Part shown: piece after piece, positions 28,401-41,481 of the stretch
How positions within the stretch are numbered: the first letter of the stretch is position 1
Layout: every line of letters begins with the position of its first letter
DNA from: Candidatus Poriferihabitaceae bacterium
GTDB taxonomy: Bacteria > Pseudomonadota > Gammaproteobacteria > Arenicellales > Poriferihabitantaceae
Reading direction: 5' to 3'
Assembly: GCA_965208975.1 (NCBI GenBank)
Contig: CBDBQH010000001.1
Coordinates: 580,236-644,235, forward strand
Length of the DNA stretch: 64,000 nt
Translations under genes and position numbers: made by a program
Notes under the pieces: model-generated
What the model was told of the DNA's origin: nothing
The model's input: only the letters and a program-made list of their open reading frames with translations
Database searches by the model: none

Positions 28401-28980
28401 GTGACAGGATTCCCGACCGTCATCGTAGGGGAGGGTCTTGTACCCTCCCGCAACCGTCATCGACCGTATACGGAAATAATGCGGGCACCCACAAGGGCAC
28501 CCCCCCGATCAAGCCGGGGGCAGGCTCTACGCATCGGTAATTACAGATTCCATGAGGTCGTGGATTCCCGTTTTCACGGGAATGACGGGTGGGGCGTTTG
28601 ATTACGGTTGTGCCCCCCATCACATCCGCTTGCGCGGAATGTGATTCCCCCTCAAGGGGGGAATGATTTGCTTGCCCCTGATTTTCTTGCGCCTGCCGTC
28701 ATCGTAGGGGAGGGTCTTGTACCCTCCCGCAACCGTCATCGACTGTATACGGAAATAATGCGGGCACCCACAAGGGGCGCCCCCCCGATCAAGCCGGGGG
28801 CAGGCTCTACGCATCGGTAATACAGATTCCATAAGGTCGTGGATTCCCGTTTTCACGGGAATGACGGGTGGGGCGGTGGTGACAGGATTCCCGCGAAGCG
28901 GGAATACCCCCCATCACATCCGCTTGCGCGGAATGTGATTCCCCGGTCTGCGGGGGGAATGATGGATATCCCGACCGTCA
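28401..28980. repeat. Two tandem copies of a ~280-bp composite REP unit
   Basis: 28417-28596 and 28696-28875 are near-identical 180-bp blocks (a few mismatches or indels by eye). CCCCCCATCACATCCGCTTGCGCGGAATGTGATTCCCC occurs at 28613-28650 and 28906-28943. GTGACAGGATTCCCG occurs at 28401 and 28879. Confidence 0.85.
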
Positions 28981-28981
28981 T

Positions 28982-30985
28982 CTATAACTGAGCGCGGTCA
29001 ATGTGGCAGAATATGGTGTGGTCGTTGACGGTTTGCGCTGGCGGGGGGACTTCATCACAGATTTTCCCGACCTTGCGCTGACATCTGAGCTGGAACGGAC
29101 ACCCCGTGTCGGGCGGGGCGGTTTCGACAATATCACTGATCTCGACATGGGATTGCGCGTCGGGGTCCGGTTCGAGCACGGCTTCCATCAGCGCTTCGGT
29201 ATAAGGATGAAAAGCGGGTTTGTAAACCGCTTCGACCGCACCGATTTCACAAATCCGACCCTGATACAGTACCAGCGCTCGATCAGCGACCGCGCGCACC
29301 GTGGCCAGGTCATGCGAGACGAACAGATAGGCGACCCCGTTTTCCTGTTGCAGCTTCGACAATAGTTCAAGCACTGCGGCCTGAACCGAAACATCCAGCG
29401 CCGAAGTGACTTCGTCACATAACGCCAGTATCGGTTGCGCGGCAAAGGCGCGGGCAATACCCACCCGTTGCTTCTCGCCCCCGGATAACTGGTCCGGAGT
29501 GCGCCCCAGATAGTCTCTGGTCAGGCGGACACTTTCCAATAGTTCGGCTGCTTGGTCAATGGCTGCGGCCTGATCCATGTCAAAGTAGAGTTGCAGCGGG
29601 GCAGACAGGATTTCGGCAATGGTTTTCCTGGGGTTGAGCGATGAGTCCGGATTCTGGAAAATCATCTGGATGTCTTTCTTGCACTGTAATGATCGGGCGT
29701 CTGTCACCCCGTCCAGAGATTCCCCGCCTTGTATCTGCATGGTTCCGTTGCAGGGCGGAATCAGACCCGCGATTGCCCGCAGTATGGTTGATTTTCCGCT
29801 GCCGGATTCCCCGACCACGGCAATGGTTTCTCCTTTGTGAAGGGTGAGGTTCACATTGTCCACGGTCAGCGTCCGGCGCCGGTCTCCACGTTTCATGAGA
29901 CGGCTGAACAGCCGCGGACGGTCGTAGGATATCGCCAGATTGCGAAGTTCGAGCAGGGGGCGGTTCTTGTCGTCTGCGGCTATCGCTTCGGCTTTCCCCT
30001 GAAAATCACTTTGCGGGAAATTGCCGGAATCGAAGTGACAACGCACCATTCGACCGTCTGCCGTTTCGGTCAATGGCGGCGATTCGCTGAGGCAAATCTC
30101 TTGTTGATGCGGGCATCTGGGCGCAAAGGCGCACGCGCTTCGGGTCGCCGACAGCTTCGGCGGATAACCGGGCAGGGCATCCGGAATCCGGCCCGTGTTG
30201 ATTTTCGGGATGGAAGACAACAATCCACGGCTATAGGGGTGGGACGGTTTTTTGAGAATCTCGAGACTGGTTCCCAGTTCCATCAGTTCTCCGGCATACA
30301 GTACCGCGATCCGGTCGCTTATCCGGGCAACCGCTCCCAGGTCATGGCTGACAAACACCATGGCCACGCCAGATGTACGGCAAAGCTCCCTGAGCAGTTC
30401 GAGAATATGCACCTGGGTGGTGACATCCAGGCCGGTGGTCGGCTCATCCAGCAGTAGTACGCGAGGCTGACCAGCCAGCGCCATGGCAATGGCACAGCGT
30501 TGTTGCTGACCACCGGACAACTCATGCGGATGACGCTCCCGGATCAGTTCGGGGGAGGGAAGTCGAACTTTGGCCAGAAGAGACGTTGCCGCCGCTTTGT
30601 GGTCCGCGGCGGCCAGGTCGGTATGAAGCATCAGGGATTCTTCAATCTGTCGGCCAATCGTCATGGTGGGAGTCAGGGATTGCCCGGCGTTTTGCGGAAC
30701 CAGACAGATTTCTCCACCCCTCAATGCCTCAAGTTGATTGCGGGTACTATCGAACATCGGGATGTCGTCAAAAATAGCGGAGCCGCTCAGCAATTCCAGT
30801 CCTGGTTCCAGATATCCCATCATGGACAGCGCCACCGTGCTTTTCCCGGAACCGGACTCTCCGACCAGCCCCAGGACTTCGTTTGGCCGGACATCCAGTG
30901 TAATTCCTCTTAGAACCGGAATCGGAGCCGCGTCTTTGGCTTTGATCCCGACAGACAGGTTATCCAGGTAAATCAGTGGATTCAT
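28982..30985 (-). CDS. ABC transporter ATP-binding protein, fused double ATPase (Dpp/Opp/Nik type)
   Basis: 667 aa with two Walker A motifs (GESGSGKST x2), two signature motifs ([16 protein letters not shown]) and two Walker B motifs ([16 protein letters not shown]). Confidence 0.9.
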   Translation of the reverse strand: MNPLIYLDNLSVGIKAKDAAPIPVLRGITLDVRPNEVLGLVGESGSGKSTVALSMMGYLEPGLELLSGSAIFDDIPMFDSTRNQLEALRGGEICLVPQNAGQSLTPTMTIGRQIEESLMLHTDLAAADHKAAATSLLAKVRLPSPELIRERHPHELSGGQQQRCAIAMALAGQPRVLLLDEPTTGLDVTTQVHILELLRELCRTSGVAMVFVSHDLGAVARISDRIAVLYAGELMELGTSLEILKKPSHPYSRGLLSSIPKINTGRIPDALPGYPPKLSATRSACAFAPRCPHQQEICLSESPPLTETADGRMVRCHFDSGNFPQSDFQGKAEAIAADDKNRPLLELRNLAISYDRPRLFSRLMKRGDRRRTLTVDNVNLTLHKGETIAVVGESGSGKSTILRAIAGLIPPCNGTMQIQGGESLDGVTDARSLQCKKDIQMIFQNPDSSLNPRKTIAEILSAPLQLYFDMDQAAAIDQAAELLESVRLTRDYLGRTPDQLSGGEKQRVGIARAFAAQPILALCDEVTSALDVSVQAAVLELLSKLQQENGVAYLFVSHDLATVRAVADRALVLYQGRICEIGAVEAVYKPAFHPYTEALMEAVLEPDPDAQSHVEISDIVETAPPDTGCPFQLRCQRKVGKICDEVPPPAQTVNDHTIFCHIDRAQL

Positions 30986-31822
30986 TCAGATGACTCCCTG
31001 CTCCCGTTCAACCCGCAACGCCTTGCCCAGCGCGTCGGCAAACAGGTTGATGCCGATAATCAGCGTGGACAGGAAGATAGCCGGCCAGACGCCGGCCCAG
31101 GGAGCTACAGTCAGAAATTCCCTGGAATCGGAAATCATCAATCCCCAATCCGGTGTTGGCGGCGTGGCGCCAAAGCCCAGGAAACTTAAGGAACTGAACG
31201 CCAGCATCATCCAGGACCAGCGCATGGCCCATTCCACCAGCAGAATATCTTGCAGGTTCGGCAACATCTCCTGAAAGATAATGTATCGTGAACCATGTCC
31301 GCGCACGCGGGCGGCGGTAATATAGTCCTTGACGGCGATGCCCTGCGCGGCGCCGCGGCCAATGCGAATGACCGAAATACCGTTAAAGAAGGCCAGGGTC
31401 GGAATCAGGGCATAGACTCCGCCGCCGGTAAAACTGACAATCAACAACAGGAACAGCAGTCCGGGGATGGCGAGAAAGGCGTCAACCAGCCGCATGCACA
31501 GTTCGTCAATGCGCCCACCCACAAGTCCGAGCGCAACCCCGACGACGCCCCCCCACAGGGCCGCGATAACGGCGGAGATCAAGGTGATGAACATTGAGAC
31601 CCGGCCGCCGGTAATGGTTCTGCTGAAGACATCCCGGCCCAGACTGTCTGTTCCCATCGGGTGCGCCCACGACGGCGCCTGCAGGATACGGTCTGCGTTT
31701 TGCAGGGCGACATCGTAAGGAGTGATGAATGATGCGCCCACTGCCAGCAGCAGGTGAAATACAACCAGAAACAGGCCGATTGCACCGACTGGCCTTGTCA
31801 TGATGTCACGCAGGACGGTCAT
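30986..31822 (-). CDS. ABC transporter permease (DppC/OppC-like)
   Basis: Polytopic membrane protein in an operon with the ATPase. N-terminal HPMGTDSLGRDVFSR motif typical of DppC-type permeases. The start may instead be the Met at 31801. Confidence 0.88.
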   Translation of the reverse strand: MTVLRDIMTRPVGAIGLFLVVFHLLLAVGASFITPYDVALQNADRILQAPSWAHPMGTDSLGRDVFSRTITGGRVSMFITLISAVIAALWGGVVGVALGLVGGRIDELCMRLVDAFLAIPGLLFLLLIVSFTGGGVYALIPTLAFFNGISVIRIGRGAAQGIAVKDYITAARVRGHGSRYIIFQEMLPNLQDILLVEWAMRWSWMMLAFSSLSFLGFGATPPTPDWGLMISDSREFLTVAPWAGVWPAIFLSTLIIGINLFADALGKALRVEREQGVI

Positions 31823-32771
31823 GCGAAACCTGGGTGCGAAGCCGCGGATTCAACAGGATAACCAGAAAATCCGCGATCAGATTGATCACAATGTACAGGA
31901 TCGCAAACATCAGGGCGATAGCCTGAACCAGCGGCAGGTCGCGGTCGAAGATACTCTGGATGATCAGGGTCCCCAACCCCGGATAGTTGAAAACCTTTTC
32001 GATTACGACCACTCCGCTTAGCAGCCAGGCCATGGTCAGGGCGACGATATTGATGGTCGGCAGCAATGCGCTCGGCAACGCATGGCGAAATACAATGCGC
32101 CTGAATGGCACTCCTTTCAGCGTTGCCATTTTGACAAATTCACTGGACATGGTATCTATTACGCTGGCCCGGGTGATACGCAGGATGTGTGCAGTCATGA
32201 CAAAAGCCAGGGTAATCATCGGTAATATGATATTGGGCAGTATTTCAGCTACCGAAGCCTCGGTGGGTAGTATGGTTACGGCGGGAAACCATTGCAGACT
32301 GATGGCGAAAATGAAGATCAAGCCAGTGGCTATGACGAATTCGGGGATGGTCATGGCCAGCAACGCGATGCCGGACACGACATGGTCTGAAAACCGCTCC
32401 CGGTAAACACCCGCAATCACCCCCAGTATGATGGCCAACGGAATGCCGATCAAGGCGGCGGATGTCCCCAGTATGATTGTGTTGCGGAATCGGGGCGAAA
32501 TGATCTCGCTGATTGGTCGTTTGCGTTTCAGTGAATCTCCGAAGTCACCCTGAAGAGCCTGGGCGGACCAGTCGACAAAGCGCTCGACAGAAGACTTGTC
32601 CAGCCCGAGTCCGGATTGACACCGGGATAACCGTTCGCCCTGGGCGAGCTTGCCGAGATAAGCGGTACAAGCGTCTCCCGGCAGCGCCTCGGTCACACTG
32701 AATACCACAATGGCGACAAATATCAGCGTGAACACCGCCATGACCAGCCGTTGCAGGAGAATTTTCAGCAA
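31806..32771 (-). CDS. ABC transporter permease (DppB/OppB-like)
   Basis: MLKILLQRLVMAVFTLIFVAIVVF... is the typical DppB-type N-terminus, with the EAA-loop region ATLKGVPFRRIVFRHALPSAL. Confidence 0.88.
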   Translation of the reverse strand: MLKILLQRLVMAVFTLIFVAIVVFSVTEALPGDACTAYLGKLAQGERLSRCQSGLGLDKSSVERFVDWSAQALQGDFGDSLKRKRPISEIISPRFRNTIILGTSAALIGIPLAIILGVIAGVYRERFSDHVVSGIALLAMTIPEFVIATGLIFIFAISLQWFPAVTILPTEASVAEILPNIILPMITLAFVMTAHILRITRASVIDTMSSEFVKMATLKGVPFRRIVFRHALPSALLPTINIVALTMAWLLSGVVVIEKVFNYPGLGTLIIQSIFDRDLPLVQAIALMFAILYIVINLIADFLVILLNPRLRTQVSHDRPA

Positions 32772-32780
32772 AATGAGCTC

Positions 32781-34316
32781 CTATCTCGTGGCGAGCCGAT
32801 GCCACTCGACAAACAGCGTTTTTTCGGAAGGCAGGCTTGAAATCCGGGCGCTGAATACGCGGTTTATATTCAGGTAAAATGGAATGATCGCGCCGCCTTC
32901 GTCAAACAGTATTTGCTGGGTTTTGGCGTACATCGAACGGCGCCTGAGCGGGTCGGTTTCCTTACGCGCCATATCCAGGCTGTGATCGAATTCCGGATTA
33001 TTCCAGTAGGTTTCATTCCAGGTAGCCCCTGAACGAAACGCCTCGTTCAGTATCTGGTCCGCCGGGCGTTGATTCCAGCGCGTCGATACGAATGATTCCT
33101 GCATCCAGGTGTCGGTCCAGTAGCCATCGGCTGGAACCTGGTGAATATGCACCCGTATACCGGCTTCAACAGCCTGACTCTGGTAAACCTCGGCCATGGA
33201 GATAAACAGTTTGTCAACTGACGAAGTATATAAATCCACGTCTATTCCGTCACTGTAGCCAGCCTCTTTCAGTAACGCCTTCGCGGTCGGAATATCGCGC
33301 GGGCAGCCCATATCCATATAATACGGGTCGCCTGACCAGACCGGAGTGTCACAGGCGGGTTCGCCGCCGCCGTCACCCAGCGCCAGCCGGATCATGTTGG
33401 GTCGATCAATCACCAGACGCATCGCCTTGCGTACCCGCACATCATCGAACGGCGGTTGATCGGTGCGCATGACCATTCCGGGCCAATGGCCGGTCTTGAT
33501 GGTCTGCACGATGAAATCGGGGTTGTTCTCGAACAGTCTTAACTGTCTTCGGTTGATTGAGGGCAGGTAGTCGATCTGGCCGGACAGCATGGCCTGGATC
33601 TGCGCCACCTGATCCGGAATGGCGACGATCTCGATGCGTTCGACCCGGGGAGGTCCCTGCCAGTATTCCTGATTGGCGACCAGCACGGTGATGCCCTCGG
33701 GATCATTCCTGGATAATTTATACGGCCCGGTGCCATCGCCGGTCTGTTCCAGCGTGGCGGCGCTGCCTTCGGCGATGATGCCACAGCGTGGATCAATCAG
33801 CAGCAGAGGCAAATCGGCATGAGCGGATTTCAGATGAAACCGCACCGTCCGCTCATCCAGCGCTTCAGCCCGGTCTATGACGGCCAGTGTGGACGCGATC
33901 GGAGAGCCTCGCTCAGGGTCCAGCGCATGATGAATCGAGTAGACTACATCGGCAGCCACCAGCGGTTTCCCGCTATGAAACCGGACTCCCGTTCTCAGCT
34001 TGAACGTCCAGGTGCGGGCATCATCAGATACCTCCCAGGAAGTAGCCAGACCCGGCTCGACTCCGCCATTGTGATTCTGGTGAACCAGCCGATCAAACAG
34101 GGTCAGCGTGGTGAAATAAAATCGGGTGGGAGAGTAGGGGTCGAGGGACTCGGCGCCACCGAAACCGGCGTCGTAGGCCAGACGCAGCAGACCGGCCTGG
34201 GTGACGGATGCGGGCAGGGACAGGAACAGGAACAGTAGCGGCAGCGCAATCGCCAGGTTCGGCCGGATTGGCCGAAAATGCCGCGTTCCGGGAATCTTAA
34301 CGGGTTTGGAAGTCAT
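32781..34316 (-). CDS. ABC transporter substrate-binding protein (family 5, peptide/nickel/opine type)
   Basis: 511 aa with a signal peptide (LAIALPLLFLFLSLPASVTQA). The operon position and size fit SBP family 5. Confidence 0.85.
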   Translation of the reverse strand: MTSKPVKIPGTRHFRPIRPNLAIALPLLFLFLSLPASVTQAGLLRLAYDAGFGGAESLDPYSPTRFYFTTLTLFDRLVHQNHNGGVEPGLATSWEVSDDARTWTFKLRTGVRFHSGKPLVAADVVYSIHHALDPERGSPIASTLAVIDRAEALDERTVRFHLKSAHADLPLLLIDPRCGIIAEGSAATLEQTGDGTGPYKLSRNDPEGITVLVANQEYWQGPPRVERIEIVAIPDQVAQIQAMLSGQIDYLPSINRRQLRLFENNPDFIVQTIKTGHWPGMVMRTDQPPFDDVRVRKAMRLVIDRPNMIRLALGDGGGEPACDTPVWSGDPYYMDMGCPRDIPTAKALLKEAGYSDGIDVDLYTSSVDKLFISMAEVYQSQAVEAGIRVHIHQVPADGYWTDTWMQESFVSTRWNQRPADQILNEAFRSGATWNETYWNNPEFDHSLDMARKETDPLRRRSMYAKTQQILFDEGGAIIPFYLNINRVFSARISSLPSEKTLFVEWHRLATR

Positions 34317-35334
34317 CTTGTATCATTGAGGATATTTCTGAGTTTTGTCGACAGGCGAACAGATTGTACCCTTTATTCGGGTTTGTTTTTATGGAGTTGA
34401 CCTCCTGGACATCGGTAATCGGGGTATAGTTCCCGTGTTCGAGGTGAAATACGGAAAATCCACAATCCAGTACATACTGGCTTGTCGCGCTGGTCGGGTC
34501 GGCGCCGTGGTCTTCGTAGATCAGCAGAAACTCACGCTCCAGAGCTTGCTCCGCGCCTTTGAGCGCTTCGATTTCCAGTCCCTCGACATCCAGTTTGATC
34601 ACCACGGGCTGATTCTGTGCGCCAAACCGGGAAACCAGCTGGTCAATGGATAGCGACTCGACCCATTCGCCTTGTGACCGGGCGTGACCGGATTTTACGA
34701 GCGCTGAGGCGGCTTCATTGGCCAGCGAATCCGGGTTGACGTTGATCCGCACCTGTTTGCCGCCCTGTGCGCAAACCGCGCCCCGGATTGCGGTAAATCT
34801 GCAATCATTCAGTTTATTGTTCAGACAAAGATTGTCGAAGTTTGATTGGACCGGCTCGACTGCAATCACCGTTTTGCAAGAACAGGCAGAGGACGAAACC
34901 AGAACACTCCAGTAACCATGGTTGGCGCCGAGGTCCAGAAACAGATAGTCCAGAGACTTGACCGCTTTCAATACCCTTTCAATTTCCGGCTCATAGGAAA
35001 ATCCCCGGCAAACCAGTTTGCTCCAATAAGAATCCGCCAGATAAAAACGGAAGCGGGCATCGGCATTCAACCGAACAATACAGACTGAATCCCGCTCGAC
35101 GAACATTCCAGCCCAGATACCTACCCACGCCAGCCACTTATAGCCGAACGGTCGACTGAGTACGCCATACAGTCTGAGCAGGCAAACCGCGAAAATATTT
35201 GCCGGTTTCCTGTCAAAGATGAGGGCTCGGTTCGGCAATGAAGTCAACTGCTCCGGCCCGGCGCCTGTCGGGTCAGGCCGGTTGTGGTATAAGTTTCTCA
35301 GCCATCCACCTGGCGAAATGATGGGACGGTTCAT
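34297..35334 (-). CDS. FkbM-family methyltransferase (start uncertain)
   Basis: FLDLGANHGYWS ... VIAVEP ... fits the FkbM SAM-binding pattern. The ORF-track start overlaps the Rieske gene by 62 nt, and an internal Met at 35106 is an alternative start. Confidence 0.6.
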   Translation of the reverse strand: MNRPIISPGGWLRNLYHNRPDPTGAGPEQLTSLPNRALIFDRKPANIFAVCLLRLYGVLSRPFGYKWLAWVGIWAGMFVERDSVCIVRLNADARFRFYLADSYWSKLVCRGFSYEPEIERVLKAVKSLDYLFLDLGANHGYWSVLVSSSACSCKTVIAVEPVQSNFDNLCLNNKLNDCRFTAIRGAVCAQGGKQVRINVNPDSLANEAASALVKSGHARSQGEWVESLSIDQLVSRFGAQNQPVVIKLDVEGLEIEALKGAEQALEREFLLIYEDHGADPTSATSQYVLDCGFSVFHLEHGNYTPITDVQEVNSIKTNPNKGYNLFACRQNSEISSMIQDDFQTR

Positions 35335-36436
35335 CCATCAGGGGGGTAAATACTCCGCCCTCAAACGCCGGGGAACGCCTTCCCCGTTGCATGCCTTCAA
35401 TCACTCCGACATCCTCATTAAACACTTTTGTCCAGAATTCCAGGCGAACTTTCCGTTCTTCACGATATTCATCCGATTCGGCGGCATCTCCCAGATAATA
35501 GATTTGCAGATGATCCAGCGTCCGCTCCACCCCGACCGGCTCCAGGACACGAGTCCAGAAGTGGTCGCAATGGAGTCCCAGAAAGACATTGGGATAAAGC
35601 GATGGGTACTCTGCCTCCTGTTGTGACCAGCCGTCGAACAGAGGAAAAGATTTTTCGTTTATCCTGTTGTGGTCATATCGGGCGCTGCCTTGTCCGGCGA
35701 ACTGATCGTCATAGAAATGATAGTGGTCTTCCAGCCTTGAGACCGTGTTCAAATCAGGGTGCACCCACGGCAAATGATAACTTTCCAGATTGTTTTCCAT
35801 GTCCAGCTTCCAGTTGCCGGCAAAATCAATAGTCAGACTGCCATAATCCCGGGCCGGTCTGAGTTGCGCAAATTGCGCCATGTTGCCGAGCCGGTTTATG
35901 CGGCGTTGCAGGGGAGCGATGAATTCTTCAAAAGGGGGGGCCGTCTGCGACAAATTAACGAACACCAGATCCAGCCAGACCGCCGAGCGGACCTCGCGCA
36001 GGCCGTGCGCCGAGCGGTCGAATCCTTCCACATCATTCTTTCCGGGGCCGCCGACATGGGGGGTTGCGAGCAGGTTGCCTTCCAGATTGTATGTCCAGGA
36101 GTGGTAGGGGCATCGAATCAGCTGATCAACGTGGCAGGGCTTCCAGACCAGTTCGTTGCCCCGGTGGCTGCATACGTTATGAAATACCCTGACCTGATTC
36201 TGCCGATTACGCAGCATCAGCAACGGCGCCCCGAGGAATCCGACCGGCTTTAAATCCCCCGGCAGTGGGATATTGCAACCATGACCGACACAGGTCCAGG
36301 TATTGGCGAATACGGCTTCCCGCTCCCACTGGAAAAAATCAGGGCAGGTATAAGCTGGATTCGGAAGTCCGGTGGTGCAGCCGCCGCTGGCTGTAATCGC
36401 TTCAATTTGAGATGCAGTCAGTAAAGGCTTGTTCAT
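35273..36436 (-). CDS. Rieske [2Fe-2S] non-heme iron oxygenase, alpha subunit-like
   Basis: Rieske motif CSHRGNELV...CPYHSWTY, plus a downstream mononuclear-iron region (NNLESYHLPWVHP). Confidence 0.88.
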   Translation of the reverse strand: MNKPLLTASQIEAITASGGCTTGLPNPAYTCPDFFQWEREAVFANTWTCVGHGCNIPLPGDLKPVGFLGAPLLMLRNRQNQVRVFHNVCSHRGNELVWKPCHVDQLIRCPYHSWTYNLEGNLLATPHVGGPGKNDVEGFDRSAHGLREVRSAVWLDLVFVNLSQTAPPFEEFIAPLQRRINRLGNMAQFAQLRPARDYGSLTIDFAGNWKLDMENNLESYHLPWVHPDLNTVSRLEDHYHFYDDQFAGQGSARYDHNRINEKSFPLFDGWSQQEAEYPSLYPNVFLGLHCDHFWTRVLEPVGVERTLDHLQIYYLGDAAESDEYREERKVRLEFWTKVFNEDVGVIEGMQRGRRSPAFEGGVFTPLMDEPSHHFARWMAEKLIPQPA

Positions 36437-36555
36437 TCGATTCCAATTCCTCCATCCGCTTTGACGGGTGAGCGCTTATGCTATATTCCGGCAGATGCTA
36501 TAGCATGAAATGGTTATCAGGCAAGTATTATTTTGCAGTATTATTTTGCATACCG

Positions 36556-36628
36556 ATTATTTCGGATGGCGTGTTATTTCGGATGGCGTGTTATTTCGGA
36601 TGGCGTGTTCGGACACGTGTCGGATGGC
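36556..36628 (+). repeat. Tandem 17-bp repeat TTATTTCGGATGGCGTG x3 plus a fourth partial core (TCGGATGGCG)
   Basis: Exact units lie at 36556-36572, 36573-36589 and 36590-36606, with the core again at 36619-36628. The location is the divergent Rieske/xdhA intergenic region. Confidence 0.9.
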
Positions 36629-36690
36629 GAGCGTTGCGCCGGCGCTGGGGGTTTGATAGAATCCTGGTCAAATAGTCAGATATTTCCAGG

Positions 36691-38155
36691 ATGATTCGGT
36701 TTCTGCTCAACGATCAGGAGATTACGCTTTCGGGCTTTGCCGCGCAGAACACCGTGCTGGACTGGCTTAGAAAGGAACGTGGTCTATGCGGCACTAAGGA
36801 GGGGTGCGCTTCCGGTGACTGTGGCGCCTGTACCGTGGTGGTGGTCGAACTGGCGGGAGAGGGTCTCGTGTACCGCTCGATCAACAGCTGTATTACTTTC
36901 CTCGGCGCCCTCCATGGCCGACAATTGATTGCCGTGGAGCACCTCGCAGACGGTGAATGCCTGCATCCTGTGCAGCAGGCCATGGTGGACCACCATGGCT
37001 CCCAGTGCGGTTTCTGTACGCCGGGATTTGTGATGTCCCTCTTTGCACTCGGCAAGCAGCCTCCTTCCTCCGGCGAGAGGGAGCGTAGGGACGCCATTCA
37101 CGAACATCTCGACGGTAACTTGTGTCGTTGCACCGGATATCGTCCCATTATTGATGCCGCGCTGGCGTCAACCGCGCCCACAGCGCCGGATCGGTTTGAT
37201 CGACAGTCCTGCACAACGCGCGCGACCCTGAAGCGGATTCGGTCTGAAGACGGCGACCGGGCGGGTGGCGGAAATATGACTGGCGCTCCGGGGTTCCTGA
37301 TCCCCCGGGATGTGGCCGAACTCTCCCGGGCGTACCTGGAACACCCGGGTGCGAGGTTGCTCGGTGGAGGTACTGATCTGGCGCTTGAGGTGACACAAGC
37401 CTTAAAGACCCTGGAGCGAATCATTCTCCTTGACCGTGTCACAGAGCTCCAGCAGGTGACACAGAGTGGCGGGTGGTTGACCGTGGGCGCCGCAGTGTCC
37501 TTGAGCCGTTGTCTGGAATTATTCGCCACTGGTTACCCCGCGGTCGCTGCTCTTCTCCGGCGTTTCGGTTCACGTCAGGTCCGTAATGCTGGCACCCTGG
37601 GTGGAAATATCGCCAATGCTTCTCCGGTTGGAGACCTGCCGCCCGTTTTGCTGGCTCTCGGGGCCGGGGTCACCCTGCAGCGCGGTGACGAACAGCGGTC
37701 GTTATCGCTGGATGATTTTTTTCTCGATTACCGCGTGACTGCACTTGAACAGGGGGAATTCGTTCGCAGCGTTTCCCTGCCGTTGCCGGCGCCCGGACAG
37801 TTCTTCCGTGTCTACAAGGTAGCCAAGCGGATCGACGACGACATCTCCGCGGTCTGTCTCGCGGTGAACCTGGCGCTGGAAGGCGAAGGGCAGGATGCCG
37901 TGATCCGCCGCGCGCGAATTGGTGTTGGCGGTATGGCGGCTATGCCCATGCGCGCCCCGGCCTGTGAGACAGCGATGGCCGGAAAACCGTTCAATGAAGC
38001 CACGGCGGCTGCGGCTGCGGATGCCATTGCCGAAGAATTTCATCCCATCGACGATGTCCGGGCCAGCGCCACCTACCGTATAGCGTTAGCGCGGAACCTG
38101 TTCCGCCGTTGCTTACTGGAGTTTCGGGGGGGCGGATTCCCGCTTCAGGTGACAG

Positions 38156-38166
<11 letters not shown>
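36691..38166 (+). CDS. xdhA: Xanthine dehydrogenase small subunit (2Fe-2S + FAD binding)
   Basis: GCASGDCGACTV and CRCTGYRPI iron-sulfur motifs, followed by an FAD-binding domain (GGGTDLALEV). Confidence 0.9.
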
Positions 38167-40461
<2,295 letters not shown>

Positions 40462-40465
<4 letters not shown>

Positions 40466-41247
40466 ACTGGCTTGAGGCGGCTGCGCGGTTGTCCGCCGAC
40501 AACCGCGGGTTCGTGGTGGTCACGGTACTTTCGACTCGCGGCTCCGCTCCGCGGAATCAACAATCCAAGATGGTGGTCACAAAGGATACAAGCCATGATT
40601 CCATCGGCGGTGGCAATCTCGAATTTAACTCCATTGGACACGCCAGGGAGTTACTGTCACAGGGACGCGCTGGCAATGAACGCCGGGATTACACCCTGGG
40701 CAAAGACCATTCACAGTGCTGCGGGGGACAGGTAGAACTGCTCTACGAATGCTTTCCCGCCTGTGATTTTCACATTGCTCTTTTCGGCGCCGGTCATGTC
40801 GGCAAGGCCCTGGCGCGTATTCTGGCGGCTCTGCCCTGTCGGGTCACCTGGCTCGATAGCCGGGAAGATGTACTGTCTGCCGCGATCCTGGAATCCGGAG
40901 CGCCGGGCAATATTATCTCCCGATTTATGGAAAATCCGCATGTTGCGGTGGAGTCCCTGCCGCCGGATACCTGGTATCTGATCATGACCCACAGCCATGA
41001 AATTGACCTCGAACTCGTGGAAGCCATACTGACGCGCAGCGACTTTCCTTACTGCGGCTTGATCGGTTCCCGGTCGAAGGCCGCGAGCTTTCGCAAGAGA
41101 TTGTCGCGCAAGGGGTTTGCCGACGCTGAGCTCGCACAGCTCACATCCCCCATTGGCATGGATCTCGGTGGGGGTAAAATGCCCATGGAAGTAGCGGTGT
41201 CGGTGGTGGCTCAGCTGCTCAGCCAGTACCGGGCCAGCCTGTGTTGA
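40462..41247 (+). CDS. xdhC: Xanthine dehydrogenase accessory protein XdhC
   Basis: ATG 40462 overlaps the xdhB stop (ATGA). MNWLEAAARL...VVVTVLSTRGSAPR and LFGAGHVGKALARIL are XdhC/CoxI-like. The ORF-track start 40342 is rejected. Confidence 0.85.
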
Positions 41248-41264
41248 GGCATCCGCCAATCATA

Positions 41265-41478
41265 GCGGGCGACCACAGAGGGTCGCCCCTACGATAACGA
41301 CCTGTACCACCCGCATTCTGTAGGGGCGGGTCACCGATTCCAGTTTGTCGATTGCGCGGCGCATCCTGTATCCATCCGCGTTTTGTAGGGGCGGGTCACC
41401 AACAGGCCACAGAGGAGTCACCGTATTTCGCCTGTATCCACCCGCATTTTACAGGGGCGGGTCACCGTGCCCGCCCGC
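41265..41478. repeat. REP/BIME-like cluster between convergent xdhC and guaD
   Basis: GCGGGCGACCacagagGGTCGCCCCTACG is followed by three degenerate ~36-nt units ending in (T/C)(G/A)(T/C)AGGGGCGGGTCACC, at 41301-41335, 41365-41400 and 41431-41466. The last completes the hairpin GGGCGGGtcaccgtgCCCGCCC. Confidence 0.75.
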
Positions 41479-41481
41479 TTC

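Noticed and set aside
41301-41466. A CRISPR-like mini-array with type II geometry: three ~36-nt units (41301-41335, 41365-41400, 41431-41466) separated by 29- and 30-nt spacers. It was tempting to pair this with the orphan cas9 36 kb away.
   Set aside because: The units differ from each other at 3-4 positions plus an indel. Their 3' halves (GTAGGGGCGGGTCACC) belong to the genome's REP family: the inverted relative GGGCGACCacagagGGTCGCCCCTAC sits just upstream, and the same hairpin occurs at 21873-21896. One spacer also carries REP-like sequence (CCACAGAGGAGTCACC). The site lies between convergent genes, the typical BIME location. No complementary anti-repeat exists near cas9. A genome-wide census of the unit and small-RNA data could still overturn this rejection.
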